Assembly (NCBI GenBank): GCA_964643395.1
Contig: CAZXQL010000001.1
Coordinates: forward strand, 1 to 51,358
DNA length: 51,358 nt
Reading direction: 5' to 3'
Source: an uncultured Thermotogae bacterium
GTDB taxonomy: Bacteria > Bipolaricaulota > Bipolaricaulia > UBA7950 > UBA9294
This document shows positions 26,099-34,476 of the stretch, in pieces. The position numbers and the translations under genes are program-made. Numbering within the stretch: position 1 is the first letter of the stretch; each line of letters starts with the position of its first letter. Under the pieces are notes generated by a model. The model searched no databases, had not been told where the DNA came from, and saw nothing but the letters and a program-made list of their open reading frames with translations.

Positions 26099-27312
26099 CC
26101 ACACTGGCCGTCATGCGAAACGTTCTGCGGCGAATCCTACGCGACGTCCGAACACTGGCTCTCATCGTCATCATGCCGTTGTTCTTCGTCTTGCTGTACG
26201 GGAACTCCTTCTCCGGGTCGTACACAAACATGGAGCTTATCGTCGTCAATCAGGACAACGGCCTCGCGTCCGTTCGGACCACTGAGGTCGGCCGGATTAC
26301 GCTCTCGGTGGATCTGGCCGCCTCGTTCATCGATGGATTGGATCGACAGACGTTCAACGTCGTCGAGAGCACGGATCCCGAGTCCGCGATTGCAGCGGTC
26401 GGTCACTCCGGTGTGCGCGCCGCCATCGTCTTCCCGATCTCGTTCTCCAACGCGGTCGTCAATGAAGCGGTGCGAACGAGCGGGGAACGCAAGACGACGT
26501 TCGAGGGGAGCACCGTAACGCTCTTGCCAAGCGAGCCGATCGATGGCCCCAAGACCCGCCTTGTCGTGGATGACGCCAATCCGCTTGTCGCCAAGGCCGT
26601 TCTGTCCTCGCTCGAGGCGACGTTCGGGAAGGTCCTCGAGACGCAGCAGTCGTCGCTCACCCCGGACCAGCTGCTGCAGATCGATCCGCTGTATCACGGA
26701 GACATCAGCATCCTCGACTTCACCGCTCCGGGCATCATCGGATTCGCGATGACGCTCATTACGGTGATGCTGACGGCGATGGCCGTGGTCCGTGAGCGAA
26801 CGAGCGGCACCCTGACCCGTGTCCTGATCGCGCCGGTCAGCGCGTGGCAGGTGACCCTGGGATACACCCTTGCGTTCAGCGTTGTCGCCGTCTTCCAAGC
26901 CGCCGAGTTGTTCTCGGCTTCGGTCGCCTTCTTCGGGATCCGGTTCGTTGGGAACCCGGCGTTGGTGGCGTTGGTGATCGTTCTGTTCACCATCGGGCTG
27001 CAGGGGATTGCCACGTTGATCTCCACGGTGGCCAAGAACGAGGCCCAGGCGATGCAGTTCGTCCTGTTCCTGTTGATCCCTTCGATCATGCTCAGCGGGG
27101 TGTTTTGGCCCCTGGAGGCCATGCCTGCCACGGTCCGCCCGCTCTCCTACGCAATGCCGTTGACATACGCGAACTCCGCGCTACGCGATGTGATGCTCAC
27201 CGGCGCGGGGATCGGAGACATCCGATTCGAACTCATTCTGCTCGGTGCGATCGCCGTGGTGACGCTGGGGCTGAGCGTGCTCAGCATGCGCCGTCAAGCG
27301 TACACGGCCTAG
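26095..27312 (+). CDS. ABC-2 type transporter permease with a large extracytoplasmic loop
   Basis: One N-terminal TM helix, a soluble loop of about 180 aa, then 5 TM helices. It overlaps the ATPase stop by 4 nt (ATGA). Confidence 0.85.
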   Translation: MTTLAVMRNVLRRILRDVRTLALIVIMPLFFVLLYGNSFSGSYTNMELIVVNQDNGLASVRTTEVGRITLSVDLAASFIDGLDRQTFNVVESTDPESAIAAVGHSGVRAAIVFPISFSNAVVNEAVRTSGERKTTFEGSTVTLLPSEPIDGPKTRLVVDDANPLVAKAVLSSLEATFGKVLETQQSSLTPDQLLQIDPLYHGDISILDFTAPGIIGFAMTLITVMLTAMAVVRERTSGTLTRVLIAPVSAWQVTLGYTLAFSVVAVFQAAELFSASVAFFGIRFVGNPALVALVIVLFTIGLQGIATLISTVAKNEAQAMQFVLFLLIPSIMLSGVFWPLEAMPATVRPLSYAMPLTYANSALRDVMLTGAGIGDIRFELILLGAIAVVTLGLSVLSMRRQAYTA

Positions 27313-27368
27313 AGCGGCCGTCCAGTTGCCCGCGAGTCCGCGTTCGGCTAGTGTGAAGACGGTGAACC

Positions 27369-28433
27369 ATGACACGATTCCTTCGCAAGAGCTCAGGGAT
27401 AGCAGGGCAGATGCCGGGCGCCGCGATCTATGTCGGCGACGTCAGGCAGGATGCCGTGTCCATTGAACGTTGGGAGTATGACGCTCAAGACGTCCGACAC
27501 GAGACTCCGTCCACCCTCGATCGCGGGCAGCTGTCTCCCGTGCCGTCGAAGACCTTGTGGCTCAACGTCGACGGGGTTCACGACGTCGGCTTGGTTGAGA
27601 AGATCGGAGAGGCATTCGGGCTCCACGCCTTGACGGTCGAAGACATCGTCCACACCGGGCAGCGACCGAAGGTGGAGGACTACGACAACCACCTCTTCTT
27701 CGTTCTGCGGATGCTCCGGTGGAATGACGAAACCGATGAAATCGACGATGAGCAGATCAGTCTGGTCGTCGGCTCGTCGTGGGTCCTCTCGTTTCAGGAG
27801 CGGGCGGGGGACGTGTTCGACCCGATTCGCGACCGACTCCAATCGGACCGGGGACGCGTCCGATCCATGGGGTCGGACTACCTGGCCTACGTGTTGATCG
27901 ACGCCATCGTCGATCACTACTTCGTCATCCTCGAGACGCTGGGAGACCGGATCGACACGTTGAGCGAACGAATGGCCGAGAACCCGGACAAGGAGGATCT
28001 GGCTTCGATTCGTCACCTGAAGCGCGAGCTTCTGTTCATGCGCAAGTCGGTCTGGCCGTTGCGCGAGGTCGTGAATGTACTTCAACGGGATACCAGCAAT
28101 CTCGTCCAGGATGCGACGATCGTCTACTTCCGCGACGTGTACGACCACACGATCCAAGTCATCGACACCGTCGAGACATTCCGCGATATGGTCTCGGGAC
28201 TGATGGATCTCTATCTCTCCAGCATCAGCAATCGGATGAACGAAGTCATGAAGGTGCTGACAATCATCGCCACGATCTTCATTCCGCTCTCGTTCGTGGC
28301 CGGCGTCTACGGCATGAACTTCGTCAACATGCCCGAACTCAAGTGGCCGTTCGGATACTTCGCCGCCCTGGGCGTGATGGCGCTGATGGCCGGAGGCATG
28401 CTGTTCTACTTCCGGCGGCGCAAGTGGCTGTAG
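27369..28433 (+). CDS. corA: CorA-family Mg2+/Co2+/Ni2+ transporter
   Basis: YGMNF (GMN motif) followed by a final TM helix and a basic tail FYFRRRKWL. Confidence 0.92.
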   Translation: MTRFLRKSSGIAGQMPGAAIYVGDVRQDAVSIERWEYDAQDVRHETPSTLDRGQLSPVPSKTLWLNVDGVHDVGLVEKIGEAFGLHALTVEDIVHTGQRPKVEDYDNHLFFVLRMLRWNDETDEIDDEQISLVVGSSWVLSFQERAGDVFDPIRDRLQSDRGRVRSMGSDYLAYVLIDAIVDHYFVILETLGDRIDTLSERMAENPDKEDLASIRHLKRELLFMRKSVWPLREVVNVLQRDTSNLVQDATIVYFRDVYDHTIQVIDTVETFRDMVSGLMDLYLSSISNRMNEVMKVLTIIATIFIPLSFVAGVYGMNFVNMPELKWPFGYFAALGVMALMAGGMLFYFRRRKWL

Positions 28434-28481
28434 TTCGCCGAGACCGTCCCGTAGAAGCCGTAGGCCGATCCGGGAAAACGA

Positions 28482-28518
28482 GAAGCGGCCGCGCCGCAGG
28501 GCGAAGGGCGACCGCTTC
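28482..28518 (-). terminator. Intrinsic terminator after the micro-ORF (minus strand)
   Basis: On the minus strand: GAAGCGGTCGC...GCGGCCGCTTC, an 11-bp stem with one G:U pair, followed by TCGTTTTCCC. Confidence 0.55.
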
Positions 28519-28535
28519 GATACCGTAGTCGGCGA

Positions 28536-28592
28536 CTACTTCTTGGTGCTGGGCTTCCGAGGCCCCTTGGTTGAGCTTTTCTTGGTCGTCAT
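28536..28592 (-). CDS. 18-codon Lys/Ser/Thr-rich micro-ORF (MTTKKSSTKGPRKPSTKK)
   Basis: GGAAGGAGGTGG lies 6 nt before the ATG. The start overlaps the upstream stop (ATGA). The TAG stop is followed by the terminator hairpin. Confidence 0.45.
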   Translation of the reverse strand: MTTKKSSTKGPRKPSTKK

Positions 28593-28864
28593 GTGAGCCA
28601 CCTCCTTCCCCTAGAGGGACAGGATGAAACAGCACGCACGTCGAGTCGCTCGGTCAGATGCGTCTCCCAGTCGGACGACTCATCGAAGTCCTTGCCGGTT
28701 CCGCTATCGAGCCTCTCGAGATGTCGATTCCAATGACCATGCGCCATTAACCATTCCCCACAGTGCGGACAGACGCCGAGGTTGTCTTTCTCGGCTCGAA
28801 ACGAAATGACTGCGTTGCAGGACGGGCAGGAGAGCCGTTTCGCGTTCGACTTACCCTTGGACAT
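28589..28864 (-). CDS. Small zinc-ribbon protein (CPSC...CPHC), hypothetical
   Basis: 91 aa: LSCPSCNAVISF...GVCPHCGEWLMAHGHWNRH. AAGGAAG lies upstream of the ATG. Confidence 0.6.
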   Translation of the reverse strand: MSKGKSNAKRLSCPSCNAVISFRAEKDNLGVCPHCGEWLMAHGHWNRHLERLDSGTGKDFDESSDWETHLTERLDVRAVSSCPSRGRRWLT

Positions 28865-28899
28865 TATTTCTTCCTTTGCCTATCGTGCTACTTAGCTAT

Positions 28900-28928
28900 T
28901 TGACTTCTTAGGCAACAGCCATTATACT
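28900..28928 (+). promoter_or_regulatory. Candidate promoter of the ArsR-family gene
   Basis: TTGACT, 17 nt, TATACT, in an AT-rich intergenic island. AGGAGG lies before the ATG at 28972. Confidence 0.55.
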
Positions 28929-28948
28929 CCAACCATCCCGCCTGTCAA
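28921..28948 (-). promoter_or_regulatory. Candidate promoter of the zinc-ribbon/micro-ORF unit
   Basis: On the minus strand: TTGACA, 16 nt, TATAAT (both hexamers match consensus). Its -10 box overlaps the -10 box of the opposing promoter. Confidence 0.55.
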
Positions 28949-28971
28949 GTGCGTGCTGAAAGGAGGCGAGC

Positions 28972-29253
28972 ATGCCGCGAACGCATTCCGGCTTCTTCAA
29001 GATGCTGTCCGCCCGAACCCGCGTTCAGATTCTGAAACTCCTTCTGGGAAACGACGATCTGACCGTCGACGATCTTGCATCGCGTCTGGAGGTGAGCGTT
29101 CCCACGGTGTCACGTCACCTGCAGCTCTTGCGGATGCAGGACCTGGTCGGTTTCCGACAGGACGCTCAAACCCGGTACTACCACGTCAACAAGGAGGAGA
29201 TCGTCCGCGGGATCACCGATTTCCTCACCGATCTCGGAATCAGCCTCCCGTAA
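28972..29253 (+). CDS. ArsR/SmtB-family transcriptional regulator (no Cys residues)
   Basis: LSARTRVQILKLL...LTVDDLASRLEVSVPTVSRHLQLL, a winged HTH. Confidence 0.88.
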   Translation: MPRTHSGFFKMLSARTRVQILKLLLGNDDLTVDDLASRLEVSVPTVSRHLQLLRMQDLVGFRQDAQTRYYHVNKEEIVRGITDFLTDLGISLP

Positions 29254-30703
29254 TCGGTTCCCCTGAACACGAGCGAGGTTCGTCCGGAGTGAACAGCTTC
29301 CCCGGATTGAGGATTCCGTTGGGATCGAGCGCATCCTTGATCGCTTTCATCGCGTGCAATTCCGCGTGCTTCGATTTCGAGAGCAGGTCCCGCTTGACGT
29401 AGCCGACTCCGTGTTCACCGCTGACTGCGCCTCCCAATTCGACCGCCTTGAGAGCGATGTCGGCGAGCAGCTGCTGCCGATGTTCCAGCCACTCGTCCAA
29501 CGGCGTCCCTTCGGGCCGGAGAGGGTGAGGGTGGATATTCCCGTCCGCCACGTGTCCCGCGCAGGGAATCTCCACGCCGTGCTCGGAAGACAGACTTCGA
29601 ATGAACGTCATCATGACGGGGATCTCCGATGACGGCACGACGAAATCGCCCCCTTCCACGCTGGGATCGATCACCTTGAGCGCCTCCAGGCAGTTGCGGC
29701 GGAGCGACCAGATGCGTTCGGATTCCCACGGATTGTCGGCCACGAAAACATCGATGGCTCCGGCTGCCAGGCACGCCTCGCCTACCGGACGGTAGGCGTC
29801 GAGGAGGCCGGCCTTGTCAGGCGCTTCGATCTGGACGATCAGGAATGCCTCCGCCTCGTCAATTCCCGGAACCTCGTATCCCGTGTACTCCATGGCATGG
29901 ATCATCGAAGGCTTGTCCACGAATTCGACCGCGGACGGCATGCTCTTCGCAGCCAGAATCGCACCCGGATAGGCCTCGACGGCATCTTCCGTGCTCCTGA
30001 AAACGGCGAGCAAATCGGCCGTCGGTCCGGGCTTCGGCAATAACTGCAGGAAGATCTTGGTGATCAAGCCCAGCGTGCCTTCCGATCCGATCAGAAGTCG
30101 CAGCAGCGAATAGCCGCTGGAGTCTTTTCGCCGCTTGCCGCCGAGCTGGAGAATCTCGCCCGAGGCGAGCACGACTTCCAAGCCCAGTACGTGGGCGGCG
30201 GTCGAGCCGTACTTGATCACCTTGGCTCCTCCGGCGTTGCACGCCACGTTCCCGCCGATGAAGCTCGACTCGACGCTCATCGGGTACCCGGCGTAGAACA
30301 GTCCGTCCTCGCCCACGCGGCGGCACAGATCGTTGGTGACCACACCAGGTTCTACGACGGCAACCATGTTTCGCTTGTCGATCTCGAGGATCTTGGACAT
30401 CCGCTCGAACGACACGACGACTCCACCGAACAGAGGGACCGCGCCGCCGGCCAGCCCACTTCCCGCTCCCCTCGGCGTCACCGCGATTCGTCGCTCGTTG
30501 CAGTAGGCGGCGATCCGGCTGACTTCCTCCGCGGTCCGGGGCCGAACGACCATGTCCGGATCGCACGCATGATGGGCCCCCGATTCGTCCGCTCGGTACG
30601 GCGCCAGTCGATGCGGGTCGTCGTAGATGACGTTCGCGTCTCCGACGATGCCGCCAAGCGCAAGGGCATCCTGCTCGGTGATACGAGCGAATCGGCTAGT
30701 CAT
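29240..30703 (-). CDS. FAD-linked oxidase, GlcD/D-lactate dehydrogenase family
   Basis: VTPRGAGSGLAGGAVP, GGNVACNAGG, SGEHGVG. GGGAGG lies before the ATG at 30703. It overlaps the etfA stop by 8 nt. Confidence 0.88.
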   Translation of the reverse strand: MTSRFARITEQDALALGGIVGDANVIYDDPHRLAPYRADESGAHHACDPDMVVRPRTAEEVSRIAAYCNERRIAVTPRGAGSGLAGGAVPLFGGVVVSFERMSKILEIDKRNMVAVVEPGVVTNDLCRRVGEDGLFYAGYPMSVESSFIGGNVACNAGGAKVIKYGSTAAHVLGLEVVLASGEILQLGGKRRKDSSGYSLLRLLIGSEGTLGLITKIFLQLLPKPGPTADLLAVFRSTEDAVEAYPGAILAAKSMPSAVEFVDKPSMIHAMEYTGYEVPGIDEAEAFLIVQIEAPDKAGLLDAYRPVGEACLAAGAIDVFVADNPWESERIWSLRRNCLEALKVIDPSVEGGDFVVPSSEIPVMMTFIRSLSSEHGVEIPCAGHVADGNIHPHPLRPEGTPLDEWLEHRQQLLADIALKAVELGGAVSGEHGVGYVKRDLLSKSKHAELHAMKAIKDALDPNGILNPGKLFTPDEPRSCSGEPITGG

Positions 30704-31715
30704 CGAGGGGACCTCCCTGCCCTCCTGTGTGCGCGCGAAGGTGCCCGAGCCACGCGGGAATGAACTCCGCCAGGTCCGCGACGATGCCGACGTCGGCGAC
30801 CTGGAAGATCGGGGCATCGGGATCGCTGTTGACCGCGATGATCCGCTTGGAAGAGGACATCCCGGCCAGGTGGTTCGGCGAGCCGGAGATTCCCAAGGCG
30901 ATATACGTGTCCGGAGCGACGGACTTCCCACTCAATCCGACCTGATGGGCATACGGCGCCCAGCCCTGATCGACAGCGCACCGCGATGCGCCCACGAGCC
31001 CCCCGAGATGCTCGGCAATCTCGTACAGCTCGGCGAATCGCCGTGCCGAACGCAGGCCGCGTCCTCCCGCCACGATCAGGTCGGCGTCTTGGATCGTCGA
31101 TCCTTGCGTGGGATCCTTCACAAATTCCAGCCGAGTCACGCGGGATCGTAGGTCGTTCTCGTCGACCTCGACGGCAAGGACCTCACCGGTTCGCGACGGA
31201 TCCTCGGGCAGCGGTCGACGGGACTTGGGGCGAACCGTCGCCATCTGCGGGCGATGCGCCGGCGTGACGATGGTGGCCATCACGTTGCCTCCGATGGCGG
31301 GGCGCGTTTGCAGAAGTCGACGTTCGGCGAGATCGACGGCCAACCCGGTGCAATCGGCGGTGAGTCCGGTGTGCAGGCGTGCCGCAAGCACCGGCATCAG
31401 GGTTCGCCCCATCGTCGTGGCCGCCGCCAGGAAGATGTCGGGGCGGTGCGCGCGGATCTCACTCTCCAGCATGCGTACGTACGGATCGACACGGAACGGG
31501 GTCAATCCCGCCGCATCGAAGCCGCGGACACGATCGGCGCCGTGTGCGATCAATCGATCCGCCTCAGCGAGGACTCCACGGCCGGCGATGACACACTCGA
31601 GAGGGACATCGAGCCCATCGGCCAAAGACCGTCCCCAGGCCAAGAGCTCGTAGGACACGGGATGGATGACTCCGTCCCGCTGTTCTCCGAGAACCCAGAC
31701 GGCGTGCTCGCTCAT
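30696..31715 (-). CDS. etfA: Electron transfer flavoprotein alpha subunit
   Basis: IVAGGRGL..., YIALGISGSPNHLAGM, IIAVNSDPDAPIF. Confidence 0.9.
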   Translation of the reverse strand: MSEHAVWVLGEQRDGVIHPVSYELLAWGRSLADGLDVPLECVIAGRGVLAEADRLIAHGADRVRGFDAAGLTPFRVDPYVRMLESEIRAHRPDIFLAAATTMGRTLMPVLAARLHTGLTADCTGLAVDLAERRLLQTRPAIGGNVMATIVTPAHRPQMATVRPKSRRPLPEDPSRTGEVLAVEVDENDLRSRVTRLEFVKDPTQGSTIQDADLIVAGGRGLRSARRFAELYEIAEHLGGLVGASRCAVDQGWAPYAHQVGLSGKSVAPDTYIALGISGSPNHLAGMSSSKRIIAVNSDPDAPIFQVADVGIVADLAEFIPAWLGHLRAHTGGQGGPLDD

Positions 31716-32530
31716 TGCGGTCCCACCTCCCGCGCGGAGACGTCATCCCGAAGCGCGGCCTCCAAATGATCCACAGCCGCCTCGATTCCGTCGTCGAACG
31801 CATCGAAGCTATCGCTGGATCGCTGAAACGACGGGTACTCCACCTTGACGACGCGAGTGGGCGAGCCGCTGAGTCCGAGCAGCGCCGGATCGGCGTCGAC
31901 CGCGTCGCCGTTGAGAACGGCGACGGTCCGTTCATGGGCGGCCACCTTGCCCGCCAGGTTCGGCAGTCTCGGGGTATTGAGCTCACGGAGCGCGCAGAGC
32001 ACGGCCGGAGGCGACGTAACCACCCGTTCCGTGCCGCCCTCGACGGATCGATCGGCAATGAGACGATCACCGTTCCACGCAAGTGCTCCGACGTAGGTCA
32101 GAAGAGGGATGTCCAGCATGGCGGCCACCATCGGACCGACCTGTCCCGTCTCTCCATCGGTGGCCCGCTCGCCGCACAGGATGAGGTCGAATGATCCCAG
32201 CGAGCGAATGCCTTGAACCAGTGAGTACGCCGTCGCCCAGGTGTCGGCTCCCGCGAACTCACGCCCACAGAGAAGCACGCCGTCGTCACACCCCAGGGCC
32301 ATCCCCTCGCGAATCGAGAACTCCGCGTGTGGCGGGCCCATCGAGAGGACCGTGATGGTCACGTCGTCCGAGTCCTTTTCCTTGATCCGGACCGCCTCCT
32401 CGACCGCGTGCAGATCGAGAGGATTGATCGCGACTTCCGCCCCGCTTCGGATCATGGTTCCGGTTTCCGGGTCGAGACGGACGGACTCTGTCGTCGGCAC
32501 CTGCTTGACCAACACGAGAATCCGCTTCAT
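31712..32530 (-). CDS. etfB: Electron transfer flavoprotein beta subunit
   Basis: MKRILVLVKQVPT..., DLILCGERATDGETGQVGP. Its stop overlaps the etfA start by 4 nt (ATGA). Confidence 0.9.
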   Translation of the reverse strand: MKRILVLVKQVPTTESVRLDPETGTMIRSGAEVAINPLDLHAVEEAVRIKEKDSDDVTITVLSMGPPHAEFSIREGMALGCDDGVLLCGREFAGADTWATAYSLVQGIRSLGSFDLILCGERATDGETGQVGPMVAAMLDIPLLTYVGALAWNGDRLIADRSVEGGTERVVTSPPAVLCALRELNTPRLPNLAGKVAAHERTVAVLNGDAVDADPALLGLSGSPTRVVKVEYPSFQRSSDSFDAFDDGIEAAVDHLEAALRDDVSAREVGPQ

Positions 32531-32558
32531 GGACGGGTCTCCCGATTTGTCCTCGCCA

Positions 32559-33725
32559 TCACGTCGTCTCGAATTCCTTCCGGATCTCGGACACCAGGGT
32601 CTCTTGCGTGAGCAAGTCGACAGCCGTGATGGCCAGGGCCTTGGCGGCCGCCAGCATCGCCTTCTGCCCGCGCTCGGATCCCGCGGCTTCGGCGAACTCG
32701 CGCGAGTGCCCGGCCACATCGTCTTCGGCGATCTGAACGTAGGGATGGATGCCGGGGACGGCCTGTGTGACGTCCCCCATGTCCGTCGAACCCATCGAGT
32801 TGTCTTTCTGCGGTTTGTGAGGGATTCCGCAATCGACAAGGTGCTTGAGGAACAGCTCTCCGAGAATTCGATTCGGCTTCATCGCTTGATAGGAGTGTCC
32901 CACTTCGCCGAATTCGAGGCGGGCCCCTGTCGCCAACGCCGCACCTTCGGCACATCGCTTCAGTTTCTCCAGCAACTCGTCGCGGTACCCGTTCTCGGCG
33001 GCTCGAACGTAGAACTCCGCCGACGTGTATTCCGGAACGATGTTCGGCTTCACGCCGCCGTGGCGGATGATTCCATGGATGCGAGCGCCGTCCTTGATGT
33101 GCTGACGCAATGCGTTGATTCCGTTGAACGTCTGGATGACGGCATCGAGCGCGTTGATCCCCTTCTCGGGAGATCCCGAGGCATGGGCCGGCTTGCCGAA
33201 GAACTCGATCTTCACTTCGGTGATCGCCAGGCTTCCCCGTCCGACCATCGTGTTGGTGGCCGGATGGAACATCATCGCGACATCCACATCGTCGAACAGG
33301 CCGGCATCGACCATCAAGACCTTGCCGCCGCCACCCTCTTCGGCCGGGGTCCCGAAGAAGACGAGCGTGCCCGGGAGTTCCGACTTGACCGATCCCACAG
33401 CGAGGGCGGCGCCTAAGGCTCCGGCCGCGATCAGGTTGTGCCCGCAGGCGTGGCCAATCTCCGGCAGTGCGTCATACTCCCCGAGAATCGCGATCGTCGG
33501 GCCGGGCGAGACGGATGGGTGGACGGCGCGGATCGCCGTGTCCAGGCCCGCAACACCCAGTTGGGTCTCGAACCCCGCTTTCTCCAGTTCGGCCGCCAGC
33601 AACTTCGATGCGAAGACCTCTTCGTTCTTGAGTTCGGGATGCTCGAAGATCTCCCGACTCACGGTCCTCAGCAGCGGCTCCATTCGGTCGACGGCGTCGC
33701 GCACGTGTGCTGTCGCGTCCTTCAT
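32559..33725 (-). CDS. M20-family amidohydrolase/peptidase (AbgB/hippurate-hydrolase-like)
   Basis: EIFEHPELKNEE, GHACGHNLI, FFGTPAEEGGGGK. GAGGAGG lies before the ATG at 33725. Confidence 0.85.
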   Translation of the reverse strand: MKDATAHVRDAVDRMEPLLRTVSREIFEHPELKNEEVFASKLLAAELEKAGFETQLGVAGLDTAIRAVHPSVSPGPTIAILGEYDALPEIGHACGHNLIAAGALGAALAVGSVKSELPGTLVFFGTPAEEGGGGKVLMVDAGLFDDVDVAMMFHPATNTMVGRGSLAITEVKIEFFGKPAHASGSPEKGINALDAVIQTFNGINALRQHIKDGARIHGIIRHGGVKPNIVPEYTSAEFYVRAAENGYRDELLEKLKRCAEGAALATGARLEFGEVGHSYQAMKPNRILGELFLKHLVDCGIPHKPQKDNSMGSTDMGDVTQAVPGIHPYVQIAEDDVAGHSREFAEAAGSERGQKAMLAAAKALAITAVDLLTQETLVSEIRKEFETT

Positions 33726-33749
33726 GCGTCCTCCTCGTATTCGCACTCT

Positions 33750-34451
33750 CTAGGGGGCCAGCGCCATCCGGATCGCCGCTTCGACAAGACAATCCAGTGC
33801 GTCGATCCAGGGGATCGGCATCCCCTTGCCGGAGATCAATGAGATCTCCGTGCACCCGGCGATGACGGTTTCGGCCCCGCGGCCCGCGAGCCGATTCACG
33901 ACGGCTGCGGCGTGCTCGCGTACCGAGTCTCCCGATCCTCCGGCCTTGACGCGGCGGATGATGTCCATCACCAATTCTTGATCGTCCTCGTCAGGAACGA
34001 CGACGCGCACTCCGCGGCGCTCGCAGGCGGTGTGATACAGCTTCGTGTGGAACGTCCCCGTGGTCGCCAGCACGCCGACCGTCTTCACGCGCAACGCGGC
34101 CGCCGTCTCTTCGATCATGTCAATGAACGGGATCGACACGGCGGCCCGGATCGCAGGTTGGAAGACGTGTCCGGTGTTGCACGGCATGGTGAGCAGGTCG
34201 GCGCCCCAGGATTCCAACTCCCGTGCCATCTGCGCCAACGCGGGCCCGGGATCGGGGCCGGTCCCGAAGATGGCGGCCGTCCGGTCGGGAACCTGGGGGT
34301 TGTTATCGATCAGGATTCTCAGGTGGGCCTGATCGACGGCGGCAGGGGTCGCCGCCACCAGTCGCCGGAAGAATTCGATCGTGGCCGCAGGGCCCATTCC
34401 TCCGAGAATTCCTATCGTCTTGTTCGGTGCGGTCGTTCGCGGTCGGTTCAC
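33750..34451 (-). CDS. Aspartate/glutamate-type racemase family protein
   Basis: IGILGGMGPAAT, LLTMPCNTGH, IAGCTEISL (the two catalytic Cys motifs). Confidence 0.85.
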   Translation of the reverse strand: MNRPRTTAPNKTIGILGGMGPAATIEFFRRLVAATPAAVDQAHLRILIDNNPQVPDRTAAIFGTGPDPGPALAQMARELESWGADLLTMPCNTGHVFQPAIRAAVSIPFIDMIEETAAALRVKTVGVLATTGTFHTKLYHTACERRGVRVVVPDEDDQELVMDIIRRVKAGGSGDSVREHAAAVVNRLAGRGAETVIAGCTEISLISGKGMPIPWIDALDCLVEAAIRMALAP

Positions 34452-34476
34452 GTGTCCTCGATTCTTACATCTCGGC

